Shown here piece after piece: positions 45,108 through 55,748 of a DNA stretch of 64,000 nt (position 1 is its first letter; every line of letters begins with the position of its first letter). Position numbers and translations under genes: made by a program. This stretch comes from a virus, in IMG/VR virus record IMGVR_UViG_3300028920_000043, positions 32,001-96,000 of that record. The stretch is one strand, 5' to 3'. The notes under the pieces are model-generated. The model was not told the origin of the DNA. It did no database searches and was given only the letters and a program-made list of their open reading frames with translations.

Positions 45108-45569
45108 TTACTGAGCAGAGTAAATAATTGTTTCCGTAACTGCCTCAGAGCTATTATTGTTTTTTCTCTTAAGTGTCAGATGAGAATATCCTTCCAACTT
45201 GACACTCTGAATAACTGTGGCACCCCCTGCTTGATTAAAAGTCAATGTTGCCAGGGCTGTAACATTGTCAACAGTGGTACCTCCATCCGAAGAATTCCAG
45301 ACTTCAATTACATAAGTACCATCTGGAGAAGAACCAAAGACTGCTTTTCCTTGAATAACAATTGAGTCTATTCCCAGTTCCGCACAGTCAATTTCTGCCA
45401 AGGCTTCAGCGCCCGCGGCAAGAGCATTTTCTGCTACTGCGGATTGATTGATTCTGTGCTTTCCTTTCGAGTAACGTTTAGAATGTGATTGCGGATTCCA
45501 AACATCCTTCTCAACTACGTCCTGTCCTGCTACCGGCTTATTTTGAAGATCAAGATCGCTCAAGTCCAC
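45108..45569 (-). CDS. Hypothetical virion protein
   Basis: AGGAG SD; beta-rich; lies in the structural block. Confidence 0.5.
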   Translation of the reverse strand: MDLSDLDLQNKPVAGQDVVEKDVWNPQSHSKRYSKGKHRINQSAVAENALAAGAEALAEIDCAELGIDSIVIQGKAVFGSSPDGTYVIEVWNSSDGGTTVDNVTALATLTFNQAGGATVIQSVKLEGYSHLTLKRKNNNSSEAVTETIIYSAQ

Positions 45570-45587
45570 AATAATCTCCTTTCCACA

Positions 45588-45872
45588 TTAAATATGTTTA
45601 TTGATTTCTTTAGTTGCCTCTTCTCCGCGTCCTTTCCATCCAGGCATTTCAACATATACCTGAAAGCGCCAAGTTCCAGATATATCCAAATCATTTTCTT
45701 CAGTGATATAATAGACATAAGACGTATTTTCTATAGTACCATCCCATATCACTTCAATACCATTTGGCTTTCTTACGTAGATCTTGGTGACTGTTGCTCC
45801 GCATGCCACCAAATCATGCTCAGTATCCAAAGTAAATTTAGTACCGATGTCGCCAACAAATACTTCACCCAT
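45588..45872 (-). CDS. BppU N-terminal-like small structural protein
   Basis: VGDIGT, RKPNG, YYITEENDLDISGTWRFQVYVE. Confidence 0.6.
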   Translation of the reverse strand: MGEVFVGDIGTKFTLDTEHDLVACGATVTKIYVRKPNGIEVIWDGTIENTSYVYYITEENDLDISGTWRFQVYVEMPGWKGRGEEATKEINKHI

Positions 45873-45888
45873 GGTATAATCCTCTCAC

Positions 45889-46065
45889 TTAATTGTCATT
45901 GAATATTCTTGATCTTAACTCAACAAGAGTAGTGATTATAGAATCATCTGAAACTTCTGTAGTAATGACAGATTTCAATGGAACCTCCAGAGTTATTTCG
46001 CTTTCCAAGTCTACTTCAAAAGTTAAACGGCTTTTTAATGACACTATCTCTTTGCATACGGTCAT
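45889..46065 (-). CDS. Small protein (58 aa) built from ~10-aa repeats
   Basis: Below the cutoff; TAATG coupling to the upstream gene. MTVCKEIVSLKSRLTFEVDLESEITLEVPLKSVITTEVSDDSIITTLVELRSRIFNDN*. Confidence 0.6.
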   Translation of the reverse strand: MTVCKEIVSLKSRLTFEVDLESEITLEVPLKSVITTEVSDDSIITTLVELRSRIFNDN

Positions 46066-47696
46066 TAGAATATCCTTGATTTCAATACAATCACTTCTCT
46101 ACATACAACTCCACCTTCATAATCATAAAGGATATTTCCATCCTTCTGTACTTCTGGTGCTCCTTCATAATCATAAAGGATATTGGCGTCCTTTATTGTT
46201 GGCTCTATCGGTATTAAAATTGTTATCTGCCGATGCTGAGTATGCCCATCGACAGTAAGCCAAATATCGTATACTCCTGACTTATAAAAGATAACTGTGA
46301 GTTCATTCTCATTTCCCGTCTTGACTGTCTGACCCAACCAATCTTTAACTACCCACGAATAAGTCGAGCCTTCATCATCTGTCTGGAACGTCACTTGTTC
46401 CGCGGTAATCGTGAACTCGTCCCACGTAAACATCAACCGAACTATTTTTTCCAGCTCAGTTGTTTGTGGAGCGAATCCATCGTTCCAATGAACAAGTTGC
46501 TTTATGTTGTAATACTCATGATCTTCACTGAATACATACTGCCATGTATCCGTCTTGCTCAACCCGGATTCAACTACCACATTATCAATCTTATAATCTA
46601 CTGACGTTACTCGATTATTCGGATCAACTATGTCCGGTATAAAAGTAACGAGATCGCCAGCGAACGGATCAACAGGTAACCAATCGAATCCAGGAGTAAC
46701 TGACCATGTTTGCTGTGTAACTGTCCTCTCTTTATAATCTGTCTGAAAAGCAAAACCATCCCACCACTTGACTTCAATCCGCACCGTATGTGGTCCTGGT
46801 GTTACAAACGTCCACTTAAACAGTGCTGACCAGCTCGTATTCCAATCTACTTTTACATCACCGTCCACCAACCACCGCACTTCTGAATCCACCGGGTTCT
46901 CTGGATCGGTGTCGGTCGATGTATTAGTAAACGTGACTTCCTGTCCCGGATTCGGATTATAGTCGTCTGCAACAAAATCCGCATCCGCAGGATTCCAATA
47001 TACTGCTATCCCCCACTCCTCATAATCATCCGCATTGGACTTGTCAAATGCATATGCTCGGATAGTATAATTTCCACCACCAAGCCAATACGAAGAATAC
47101 CCAACGAAATTAGTCTTCCCCATATATTCTGTATATTCGGCAGGATGTCCTACAAAATCTAAATAGTACCGAACTTTCAGAATATCATTTATGGCATTTA
47201 TTGTTTGCCCATAACGTACCAACCATTGATATATCGTTATTCCATGAGCAACCCAACTATGCACGTCATTTAATGACGCGGCGCCAATGGTTATGTTCTC
47301 CTCAAAGAAAGGAGTAAGGTCAGGATCGACAAAGTTAGCATTCGGCGGGAAGTTAACCTTGATCTGAAAATCTTGAACATAAACATCCGCCGCAGTGAGA
47401 ACAATCTCAATGGCACCCCATTCAGTTAATGAAAGACTATTTCTATCCGAATCTCCTTTCCAAGCAACTATAAGTATCTTGTCACCAGCCGCCGCGCTTC
47501 CACTCTGGGTTAGGAAATCGGCATCACCCAGGTTGAAGGAATAGTAACCGCCGGAAGCGGTCTGGCGGACATTGTTCCACTTGGACGAAGAAGACGTTGG
47601 GTTGACCTTGTAGAAGAAAGCCTGATAATATATCCCGTCTTCGACAACATCCGCATTGTTATATGTAAAGCCAGCAAAGCTGATATTGAGCGCCAC
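46065..47696 (-). CDS. PKD/Ig-like multidomain virion protein
   Basis: ADFVAD...EVTFTNTSTD...W..DG...F.TPGPHTVRIEV and YSWVV...F.KSGVYDIWLTVDG PKD patterns. Confidence 0.65.
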   Translation of the reverse strand: MALNISFAGFTYNNADVVEDGIYYQAFFYKVNPTSSSSKWNNVRQTASGGYYSFNLGDADFLTQSGSAAAGDKILIVAWKGDSDRNSLSLTEWGAIEIVLTAADVYVQDFQIKVNFPPNANFVDPDLTPFFEENITIGAASLNDVHSWVAHGITIYQWLVRYGQTINAINDILKVRYYLDFVGHPAEYTEYMGKTNFVGYSSYWLGGGNYTIRAYAFDKSNADDYEEWGIAVYWNPADADFVADDYNPNPGQEVTFTNTSTDTDPENPVDSEVRWLVDGDVKVDWNTSWSALFKWTFVTPGPHTVRIEVKWWDGFAFQTDYKERTVTQQTWSVTPGFDWLPVDPFAGDLVTFIPDIVDPNNRVTSVDYKIDNVVVESGLSKTDTWQYVFSEDHEYYNIKQLVHWNDGFAPQTTELEKIVRLMFTWDEFTITAEQVTFQTDDEGSTYSWVVKDWLGQTVKTGNENELTVIFYKSGVYDIWLTVDGHTQHRQITILIPIEPTIKDANILYDYEGAPEVQKDGNILYDYEGGVVCREVIVLKSRIF

Positions 47697-47700
47697 ACTC

Positions 47701-48048
47701 TTAACCCCAAGGCAGAATCATTACTGAACCGTATACGTTCTTGATCCAGTAAGCAGTGTATTCATAATAAATCCCGTCGATGTAAATCAATTCAAAATTA
47801 TTCGGACTGGCCGGCGGCGTCACACCCGGTATATAAGTCTTGAACGCGCCTTCCCCGCCGAAATACGTGTTGGCAACTTCAACGCAACCCGGGGCATATG
47901 TCGCTTCCAAATAGTCGATGATGCTTTTTATTCTCTGGCCGGTCACCGGCGTCGAAATAAGCTGCCAGTCAACGTCTATCTCGACCACACCCGCCGGCGC
48001 GCCGCCGCTTTTCGGCATTGCCCCCATTACTGGCGCTATTGTTTGCAT
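47701..48048 (-). CDS. Hypothetical structural protein
   Basis: Tightly packed ORF within the operon. Confidence 0.5.
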   Translation of the reverse strand: MQTIAPVMGAMPKSGGAPAGVVEIDVDWQLISTPVTGQRIKSIIDYLEATYAPGCVEVANTYFGGEGAFKTYIPGVTPPASPNNFELIYIDGIYYEYTAYWIKNVYGSVMILPWG

Positions 48049-48057
48049 AATTCACCA

Positions 48058-50025
48058 TTATATTTTCGTGCTCAATCTTCTTACTACCAAGTCAGTTTCA
48101 GCATCAACAGGGACCGTCCCGTCATCTTTGTATAACCATTTTCTGGCAATTACAACTGAAGTGTCCTTCCTATAATAAATCTCACTCCAGTGGTTTGGGT
48201 CGGTAGTTTTATCCAAAACAATATCAATATCCCGAAGGTCCGTGGTGTATCCAAGATTCTGTGTTGTTATGTCGGTAATATTCAGCTGGGATACATATGG
48301 CTCTTTATACTGAAGTGGCAGTCTCAATCTTGTAAAATAAATTGGATTTGCACCGCCTACCTCTGATAAGCGGACAGCGATAACCTCTGTACCAAATCCC
48401 ATAAACACGCCCTCTGCCGCCCAGTTTGCATCGTTCAATGTCTTCCACGCTCCCCACGTCACACCGCCATCCTCTGAAACTCTGAATTCATATAGGGAAG
48501 TACCACTCCCAGACTCCTCAGCATAAAAACCAGTCAACCCATTTACAAAAGATATTGGTTGAGCCAGCATAATAATAGAACCGTTTGGATCTATTCTTAA
48601 CCTACCGGGACCAAAAGTGGTGATTTCAAATTCAGCATCCGTAAGAATAAAAGAATTGGTATCATCCCTGTTAGCCGGATATTGAAAATCCCATTGGAGT
48701 ATTCCTTCATATAACAATTCATCCGTAGAATAGAGCATTGGTTCATTCTGGTTGAATTGGTTATCCAAAAAGAACTTTCTATTGGATTCATTTATAAATA
48801 TTTGGTTAGTGGTCATTGTAAAAGAATTAACACGCTCAGGACTGGCTCCCAAATAAACATCTTCTGGATCGGTTAGCGTTCCACTCACCCTACAACGGAA
48901 TCCAGAAAGTGGATTGAACCACATATAGGTACTCGGTCCCCATTGAAGGACTAGCAACCTCTTGGAATTCCGACATTCAATTTCTAAATCTCCACCAGAC
49001 TCCCATACCCCTTGCATGTACGCGGCTACTGATCCATCATCCAAAAGACGGTAATAATGATTTGAATAGCCATAGGCATTAATCACAGTTATCTTTTGGT
49101 ATATGTCCATCCTCAATATAGACCTGTCCAAAGTATGCACTGCTGAATTTAACCCGCAGACACCTTTTAGAGTTGCTCGAGCTTTTGAATCATCGTCTAT
49201 GAGTTCAATCTCAACTTCCCCGTAGATATAAACATTGCCTCCAAATAATCCGTTTGATTGAGCACCTGTCCAATCCGATAAATCAACGGTAATTTTTCCA
49301 AGTCCCATTATTTCCATATTGGTAAACCCTACAGTGTTTGTCGGCAGGGTTGTCGGCTTCTGGAAAGTAATCAGAGTATCAGCGTGAAGGTGCATTGATT
49401 CACTATTCTGCATACAGTACCCGGTCCATTCTTCGACCGTTATTTGATAAAGATGTAAAGCGTAATCCCCTAACTCTGGACGATACTTATTGGTGAGTCT
49501 AGTACACATTGAGCTACCGTTATCTATTCTTGATATGTATAAATTACCAATCTCACCAACACATCTATAAAAATAAATATAGGTCCAATTCACTCCAACG
49601 CCGCTGGTTGTTATTTTTATAGGTTCTGCCCCAACTGCATAATCCCCACTGCCTCCTATTTCCACATAGGTAAACTGACGCATATAAAAAGTGGATCCAT
49701 CGGTGTGTAGTATAATCTGCGCCCCATTCCCAGCGCCGTCCTCATCCATTATTAATCTGGCGCCAAGGCTATAGTAAGCACCTCCCTGATTGCCTGTAAA
49801 GTTTCCATATAAATCTAAAACACCACCGCTACCCATATGTAGTGTAGCATCATTATTAATCGTCATTGTCTTTGCATCGTTGCCGGAAGCTTGACTGATT
49901 AATACTTCATTCCCAGTGGTCGTTGCAATTACAACATCATCCCCAGAAGTTGGAACGATCCCTCCTGTCCATGTCGTACCTTGATGATATAATCCACCAG
50001 CGGCGGTTGATATTACTGTCGGCAT
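48058..50025 (-). CDS. Beta-rich virion protein with G8-like N-terminus, paralog 1
   Basis: TWTGGIVPTSGDDVVIA; homologous over most of its length to the next gene. Confidence 0.6.
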   Translation of the reverse strand: MPTVISTAAGGLYHQGTTWTGGIVPTSGDDVVIATTTGNEVLISQASGNDAKTMTINNDATLHMGSGGVLDLYGNFTGNQGGAYYSLGARLIMDEDGAGNGAQIILHTDGSTFYMRQFTYVEIGGSGDYAVGAEPIKITTSGVGVNWTYIYFYRCVGEIGNLYISRIDNGSSMCTRLTNKYRPELGDYALHLYQITVEEWTGYCMQNSESMHLHADTLITFQKPTTLPTNTVGFTNMEIMGLGKITVDLSDWTGAQSNGLFGGNVYIYGEVEIELIDDDSKARATLKGVCGLNSAVHTLDRSILRMDIYQKITVINAYGYSNHYYRLLDDGSVAAYMQGVWESGGDLEIECRNSKRLLVLQWGPSTYMWFNPLSGFRCRVSGTLTDPEDVYLGASPERVNSFTMTTNQIFINESNRKFFLDNQFNQNEPMLYSTDELLYEGILQWDFQYPANRDDTNSFILTDAEFEITTFGPGRLRIDPNGSIIMLAQPISFVNGLTGFYAEESGSGTSLYEFRVSEDGGVTWGAWKTLNDANWAAEGVFMGFGTEVIAVRLSEVGGANPIYFTRLRLPLQYKEPYVSQLNITDITTQNLGYTTDLRDIDIVLDKTTDPNHWSEIYYRKDTSVVIARKWLYKDDGTVPVDAETDLVVRRLSTKI

Positions 50026-51915
50026 TTATTTAACCCTGTCCCAAATTCGTCTCAGAAGGTTATAAAGTGAATCGACACGGAAGCCGGTTCTGGCTGAAAC
50101 AGCGGCATCAGCGGCTATGTCGTTCACAAGTTTTCCAAAAGTACCTCCGGCAACATGCTCTAGGTTTGGTTCCTCCCAAATACGATCTGGCTGGTCAACA
50201 GTAAGCCCTAATGTCTGAGTTCCCATCTGCGTCAATGATAACTGGGACGTATAGAGGTCTCTGTACTCAATTGGCAATCTCAATTCAGAAATAGATGCTG
50301 CTGAACCTGCTGTCTCTTTTACTCGTATATTTATAGACTCATTTCCAAATCCTTGATATCCAGATTCCGCTCCCCAGTTTGCATCATTTAGTGTCTTGAA
50401 CGGTGACCAGGTTACTCCCCCGTCTTGTGATATGGAATATTCTAACGTAACTGTTCCGGTCGTACTCGACACTATTCCGGCAATTCCCGCCACAAAAGAA
50501 ACAGGTTGAACAAAAAGCATTGCCGTTCCATATGGATCAATATCAATTCTTAAATTACTGAGGCTCCATTGAGCATTGGTCAGTTCAAAGAAATCAGGAT
50601 CATCTCGATTATACGGATACTTGAATGACCAATAAATCTGCGCTTCTTTTAGACCTTCATCTGTTGCATAAATCACCGGATCATATTGATTGATTGGCTC
50701 ATTAATGTCTAGATCAGTTCCAGTTTCATTTACAATAAGAAAATCTGCCTTCATGCTGAAATCATTAACGAAATCTCCACTAGAATCTAACCTAACATCT
50801 CCCGTACAGGTTCCGGTAAGATATAATCTGAATCCGTCTTTCTGTACCCAATGATTCCGCATGAGATTAATATAAGAAGTATCTCCAGCAGGATCGCAAA
50901 AGATCTGAACTATTCCAGCGCTATACCAATAAATATTCAAGTTTATATAATCGGGTACACCATTCAAAGTATGTCTGAAGATTAAACTGGAATCATCATA
51001 AAATGATGAATAAATTGCTTTCTGTGTTTCAATATCATAGGTAGCTTGCTCATGGCAACGGAGATCAGCACCCGGATTTGAGTCATAGGTAAAAGAAGGT
51101 GTTGCTGGATTAATATCAACATCAATATATACTGAACCAAATATACCAAAGGATACAATTAAATAATTGGTGGGCGCGCCGGTATATCCAGTATAATCGA
51201 GATGAACTTTTCCCTCCCCAAAAAGATTTCCAACATATAAACCATGCTGGTCCGATAATGATACCGGATTTCTATAGGTCAGCAAAGTATCAGCGTGGAG
51301 ATAAGCTTGCCCGCGCCAAGCACGCCTTTGCCAATACTCCATAGTAATCTGACCCAAGTGCATCGGATAATCAGCCAGGTCATCCTGGTAAAGATTACTT
51401 ACATATAAAACTCCTGAAGCGTGTCTGACGTTATGAATTCTGACATTGTGGATTTCTCCGACAACGTTAATACACCAGACATATTCCAGATACCCTGCTG
51501 AACTGTGAATCCAGATTGGTTCGTTAGAAACTGTGTATGCTCCGGGTCCAGTCCAATCTACTTCTGAATATACATCCATTTCAAAAGTAGCAGGACTCAC
51601 TTTGAAATCCAATTCAAACCCATTACCAAATCCATCCTCTACCATTTCAAACCGACTTCCTGTATTCGTCCAGCTGACCCCGGCGACTCCTAAAAAGTTT
51701 CCATACATTTCAAGCTTACCGGTTGAATCTCCTCTTAAAATAGCGCCTAGATTTATAGTTAAGTTTTTGGCTTGACGAGTGTCCGTAATAACAACTTTAT
51801 TTCCCCCAGTCGTTGCTATCACCACATCGTCCGAAGAGAGTGGGACAATACCCCCTATCCAGGTACCCCCAACTCCATAATCACCACCAGAAGATGTTGA
51901 AATAATAGTTCCCAT
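50026..51915 (-). CDS. Beta-rich virion protein with G8-like N-terminus, paralog 2
   Basis: TWIGGIVPLSSDDVVIA; shares HADTL, YPxNRDD and DGGVTW..KTLNDANW.AE with paralog 1. Confidence 0.6.
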   Translation of the reverse strand: MGTIISTSSGGDYGVGGTWIGGIVPLSSDDVVIATTGGNKVVITDTRQAKNLTINLGAILRGDSTGKLEMYGNFLGVAGVSWTNTGSRFEMVEDGFGNGFELDFKVSPATFEMDVYSEVDWTGPGAYTVSNEPIWIHSSAGYLEYVWCINVVGEIHNVRIHNVRHASGVLYVSNLYQDDLADYPMHLGQITMEYWQRRAWRGQAYLHADTLLTYRNPVSLSDQHGLYVGNLFGEGKVHLDYTGYTGAPTNYLIVSFGIFGSVYIDVDINPATPSFTYDSNPGADLRCHEQATYDIETQKAIYSSFYDDSSLIFRHTLNGVPDYINLNIYWYSAGIVQIFCDPAGDTSYINLMRNHWVQKDGFRLYLTGTCTGDVRLDSSGDFVNDFSMKADFLIVNETGTDLDINEPINQYDPVIYATDEGLKEAQIYWSFKYPYNRDDPDFFELTNAQWSLSNLRIDIDPYGTAMLFVQPVSFVAGIAGIVSSTTGTVTLEYSISQDGGVTWSPFKTLNDANWGAESGYQGFGNESINIRVKETAGSAASISELRLPIEYRDLYTSQLSLTQMGTQTLGLTVDQPDRIWEEPNLEHVAGGTFGKLVNDIAADAAVSARTGFRVDSLYNLLRRIWDRVK

Positions 51916-52344
51916 TTATCTTAATCTCTTCCAGATATTTCTTACATAAGTATAAACACTCAAAACGCGAGAGAGTACCAATGGAATATCACTTGCATGA
52001 GCTCCCGTCTGATTTATCACTCCGCCGAATGATCCGCCAATCTGATGATCTACGGTAGGCTCATCCCAAATCTCGTTCGGCATATCTTCTATCTTCAAAG
52101 CAGTTTCAGTAGAGCCGTAAACATAGCGCTCTCCACCCATTAAACTCGCCCCACCATCCGCTGTAAAAACATAAGTAATACTAGCATCCAAAGCAGTGGC
52201 ATTATAAAAATAATGTCCACCATCTATTTCGGTCATGGCAACGGCAGTCAAAACTTGGGTCCCATCTGTTTGCCAAGCGTCAAGCGTAGGAGATAATCCT
52301 GTCTTTGGTGATCCGTTCTCTGTAAAGAATGCCGTTATGTGCAT
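51916..52344 (-). CDS. Small virion protein
   Basis: PKTGLSP, MTEIDGGHY; C-terminal IWDEP..DH..GGSFG motif shared with the 629-aa gene. Confidence 0.55.
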   Translation of the reverse strand: MHITAFFTENGSPKTGLSPTLDAWQTDGTQVLTAVAMTEIDGGHYFYNATALDASITYVFTADGGASLMGGERYVYGSTETALKIEDMPNEIWDEPTVDHQIGGSFGGVINQTGAHASDIPLVLSRVLSVYTYVRNIWKRLR

Positions 52345-52860
52345 CTAAAATATCCTTGATAGATTCGGATCCGTTAGTATATGTTCTGCCACTGTATTAT
52401 CTGGAAATTCTCCTCCGATCTTCAATCCTACTTTATGATAACACACAGAAACAAACTCCGTACAAACATGCTTTGCCGGATCGTCATTCATTGGCGCTTT
52501 TCCCAAAGTTCCAAGAATTATTCTCCATAGATAATTTACTATATGAAAATAATCATAGCCCTTGCCAATGAATGTTTCAGCAAGAGCAATAATCTTCTCG
52601 GCTTTCTTTTTTGAAAGCTTGGAACGCATACAAGCAACACGGCGTCCAAGCCCTGTTACCTTTTTAAGCGAATACTTTTTTATTCCCATTAAATGCGCAC
52701 CAATACAAAATCCATCTCCCACATAAATTTCAGCGTGAGAGAATTTCGATCTGGTCACCAATTGAATAATAACCGACAATGGAATCCACCAAGAACCGGT
52801 TAAAAGAATATCTCCCGGTTTCAATAAATCTTCCTGTTCCTTAGTTATCATAATCCACAC
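52345..52860 (-). CDS. Permuted papain-like NlpC/P60 protein (YiiX/YebB type)
   Basis: LKPGDILL, SKFSHAEIYVG (His before Cys), GKGYDY, CTEFV. Confidence 0.82.
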   Translation of the reverse strand: MWIMITKEQEDLLKPGDILLTGSWWIPLSVIIQLVTRSKFSHAEIYVGDGFCIGAHLMGIKKYSLKKVTGLGRRVACMRSKLSKKKAEKIIALAETFIGKGYDYFHIVNYLWRIILGTLGKAPMNDDPAKHVCTEFVSVCYHKVGLKIGGEFPDNTVAEHILTDPNLSRIF

Positions 52861-52864
52861 TCCT

Positions 52865-53959
52865 TTAGCATGTATCTTCCCTATGCATAGTAAGCGCGCA
52901 ACTCACTTTCCATGCATGATCCTCTCCATGAGTTTCTGCCGTTGCCTTCAACCGCATCCCCTGTCCTATTCTAGCGGTATCAGCAGATTGTAACATCTCG
53001 AATCCCCAGCCTAATAAATGGACATGGTTGACAAATCTACCGAATACTATCTCGCTGGTAAACATATTGTAGCGCCCCTGTGCCTGAGCATTCGCTGCTA
53101 TATTCTCGAATGCTTTGGATGTTGAATTCCAATCCGCATCCCAATAAGCAACCGGAGGTACTCCCAAATCCGTATCGGGTATATAAATCAATCCATCTCT
53201 TGGATCGGTCATGTCGTTTGTTGGCTGTATAGTTCCGTCTCCAGCGGCTGGCACAATAAGATATCCCCCATATAAATTATAATAAGTATTTTCTCCAGCA
53301 GAGTAGGGGGTTAAAATCGGAACCATCTCAAGAGTGATAGAATCAAACTCGGCATCCCTCCAAATAATGTATCCTTCGTGAATCCACGTTTCGTTTTCTA
53401 TTATATTGAAATCAAGATAGCAGTGTTGTTTCCAAATAAATACGGAACCACTTGAAGATTTTTCGGACTCATCATCTCCCGTATTAGACACCGTAAATGA
53501 AGTGGTGCCGGGCATTGATAAAACAACTGCCGTTTCAACATCGTAAGCATTATCAGCACAATCTATGACTACTATATCACCAACTCTTAATTTGGTTTCC
53601 TTATCACATTTTATAGTAGCAATATTTGAAGCCCTGGAAACGTGAGTGATGGATATGTCAGCAATATGCTCTATGATAAAATCATCACCACCGCCTTTTT
53701 TGGTTATGTCAGATATATCATCCGCCTGTCCTGTGAAGTATGTTTCTAATCCCAATGGACGAGATGTTTCGTGAATCCTCATCTTATTAGAAGAGTCCCG
53801 CGGATCTTCATCAGTTACCGTACCTATAGCAACTATGCTTTCCGAATTAATAGAATGTTCATTATTATTCGGGCATACGGTAGGGGCTTCTTCTCGGTAA
53901 TCTGTTTCAACATTGGCCGCTTCCGTATTACAGTATAGTCTATATTTTTTCAATTCCAT
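52865..53959 (-). CDS. Hypothetical virion protein
   Basis: Operon position; beta-rich, with a segment resembling an FCCH/Wedge-type insertion (RASNIATI...LRVGDIVVI...FTV). Confidence 0.45.
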   Translation of the reverse strand: MELKKYRLYCNTEAANVETDYREEAPTVCPNNNEHSINSESIVAIGTVTDEDPRDSSNKMRIHETSRPLGLETYFTGQADDISDITKKGGGDDFIIEHIADISITHVSRASNIATIKCDKETKLRVGDIVVIDCADNAYDVETAVVLSMPGTTSFTVSNTGDDESEKSSSGSVFIWKQHCYLDFNIIENETWIHEGYIIWRDAEFDSITLEMVPILTPYSAGENTYYNLYGGYLIVPAAGDGTIQPTNDMTDPRDGLIYIPDTDLGVPPVAYWDADWNSTSKAFENIAANAQAQGRYNMFTSEIVFGRFVNHVHLLGWGFEMLQSADTARIGQGMRLKATAETHGEDHAWKVSCALTMHREDTC

Positions 53960-53969
53960 GGTTTCAATC

Positions 53970-55709
53970 CTATACGATCTTAAAAGAATGAAGAGCAGAT
54001 TTACTGCCTGTAGTTTTTACCTGTATTTCAATAATAGCTGGATCTACCGGAAGATTGGAGATGTCTGAAGTTTCATATATCGCCTTTTCTTCTGCGGTGT
54101 AAATTATCTTTGCTATTTCTAAGCTGTTGTCCAAGTCCCACAGTCTTACTTCCGCTTGTCCGGATGTACTTGACCTGCTTCCGACTATTCTGAATGCTTG
54201 AATAGCGGCTACAGCCGTCCCATCATAAATCTGAGAAGATATAACCTGCCAACTTGATGAAGTCCATTCCAACTTATCTTCTTTGGTACTGGTATTGAAA
54301 TATGAAAAGTTAGAATAGACACCGGACAGTTTTCCCAGAATAAATTCCAGCGGCGTTTCTTCTTTGTTGAATGGAGCCACGCGCAGCACGTGTCTCAATG
54401 CCGCCTTCGGGGTATTGGAATAGGAACTCTTTGTTTCAAAAGTCAACCGATACAAAACACGAATTTCTTGGAATGGTAAATTGGTTGTGTCCAATCCAGC
54501 AAAGCTGTTAGTGAGAATCGCGCCAACCAATGAATCGTGATACCGTTCTCCAAGTATAACAAACACCGGTTCGGAAGTGCATGTTGACGCGCAAATCCAA
54601 ACTGCCGTGAATCCATCCGATGGAACATCTTCCAGAGACCACGTGCCGCCGGTATCTTTGTTGTATTGAATTCTGGACGTTCCCTCTTTCAACGGGAATG
54701 CCGTGGCGTCCGCCCTTCTCCAATCTGGACTTGAACCCGATTTGTAAAATACCGGGGCATATAGTACCGTGGATAATTTCTGTTCAAAGGGTTCTGTTGG
54801 TGTCGCATCATTAACAATAGATATTCTTATATCTTCATCAGCCAGCACTCCGTCCGTCAAGGACATCTGAGCATCTGAATCCGTTGTTCCATCTCCTCCT
54901 GTTGTATAGTTTCCTATCTCTAATCCAGATTCAAGCCACGCGCCTCTTGTCAAGTGCAAATATTTATGAGTTGCCCATGACATTACAAGTCCGTGCCGTT
55001 CCTCAGCAATAAACAAGGATTCATTTGCTGTGGCGTTCCAATAAACAAGGGCTACTTGAGCGGTCGATCCTATATCCCAAACTGTTTGGCTTGCCGTCAA
55101 TACTGCTGAACTGTTATAATAAATAAACCAAAGTCCTTCCGTATCATCTATAACAACATTTTCACTTGATTCTTTTGTATAACGTTCTCCCATTAAAAAG
55201 ACATCGAAACTGGAATCTGTTGGAGAAATTGTGAATGTTCTTGAACCATCATTAAAAGAAATTTGGGAATCCGTTCTATTCGGAAATCCCATCGGTTCAT
55301 CATCCGGATGTAATTCTCCGATAACGTCTGCTTCTATTTCAAACCAAACTGCGGATGCTGTAGTATTAACAAAACAAATAAAGAACTTTTTACTATCAGA
55401 GTTTAACCATAAGTTTCCTACTTTGAAAGTTCTGTCAATGTTTGCTGTATCCACGCCATCATTGTTTGCCGTTGGATTTGACGTTGTTACATAAGGATTA
55501 TCAGCAATAGGGCTCCATGCTTTATTATCATCGTCATACTTTCTCCATATTCTAGATTCACCGGAGGCGGGAATTTCCACAAGAATAGAACCCTTTGGTG
55601 CAGGTTCACCGCCTCCGGTAGTCGGGTCTGTGGCAGAGTAGAAAATACCAAATACATCATCTACTGCCAATCCCACGTCAACACTAAAAGCATCATTTAT
55701 GTCAGGCAT
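53970..55709 (-). CDS. Fibre-like virion protein
   Basis: DPTTGGGEPAPKGS and PTANND...F.VG..W.N......F.C motifs typical of fibre segments. Confidence 0.55.
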   Translation of the reverse strand: MPDINDAFSVDVGLAVDDVFGIFYSATDPTTGGGEPAPKGSILVEIPASGESRIWRKYDDDNKAWSPIADNPYVTTSNPTANNDGVDTANIDRTFKVGNLWLNSDSKKFFICFVNTTASAVWFEIEADVIGELHPDDEPMGFPNRTDSQISFNDGSRTFTISPTDSSFDVFLMGERYTKESSENVVIDDTEGLWFIYYNSSAVLTASQTVWDIGSTAQVALVYWNATANESLFIAEERHGLVMSWATHKYLHLTRGAWLESGLEIGNYTTGGDGTTDSDAQMSLTDGVLADEDIRISIVNDATPTEPFEQKLSTVLYAPVFYKSGSSPDWRRADATAFPLKEGTSRIQYNKDTGGTWSLEDVPSDGFTAVWICASTCTSEPVFVILGERYHDSLVGAILTNSFAGLDTTNLPFQEIRVLYRLTFETKSSYSNTPKAALRHVLRVAPFNKEETPLEFILGKLSGVYSNFSYFNTSTKEDKLEWTSSSWQVISSQIYDGTAVAAIQAFRIVGSRSSTSGQAEVRLWDLDNSLEIAKIIYTAEEKAIYETSDISNLPVDPAIIEIQVKTTGSKSALHSFKIV

Positions 55710-55748
55710 TAAAATCTTCTTTTCAAAATCTTAAACGGAGTTAAGATT

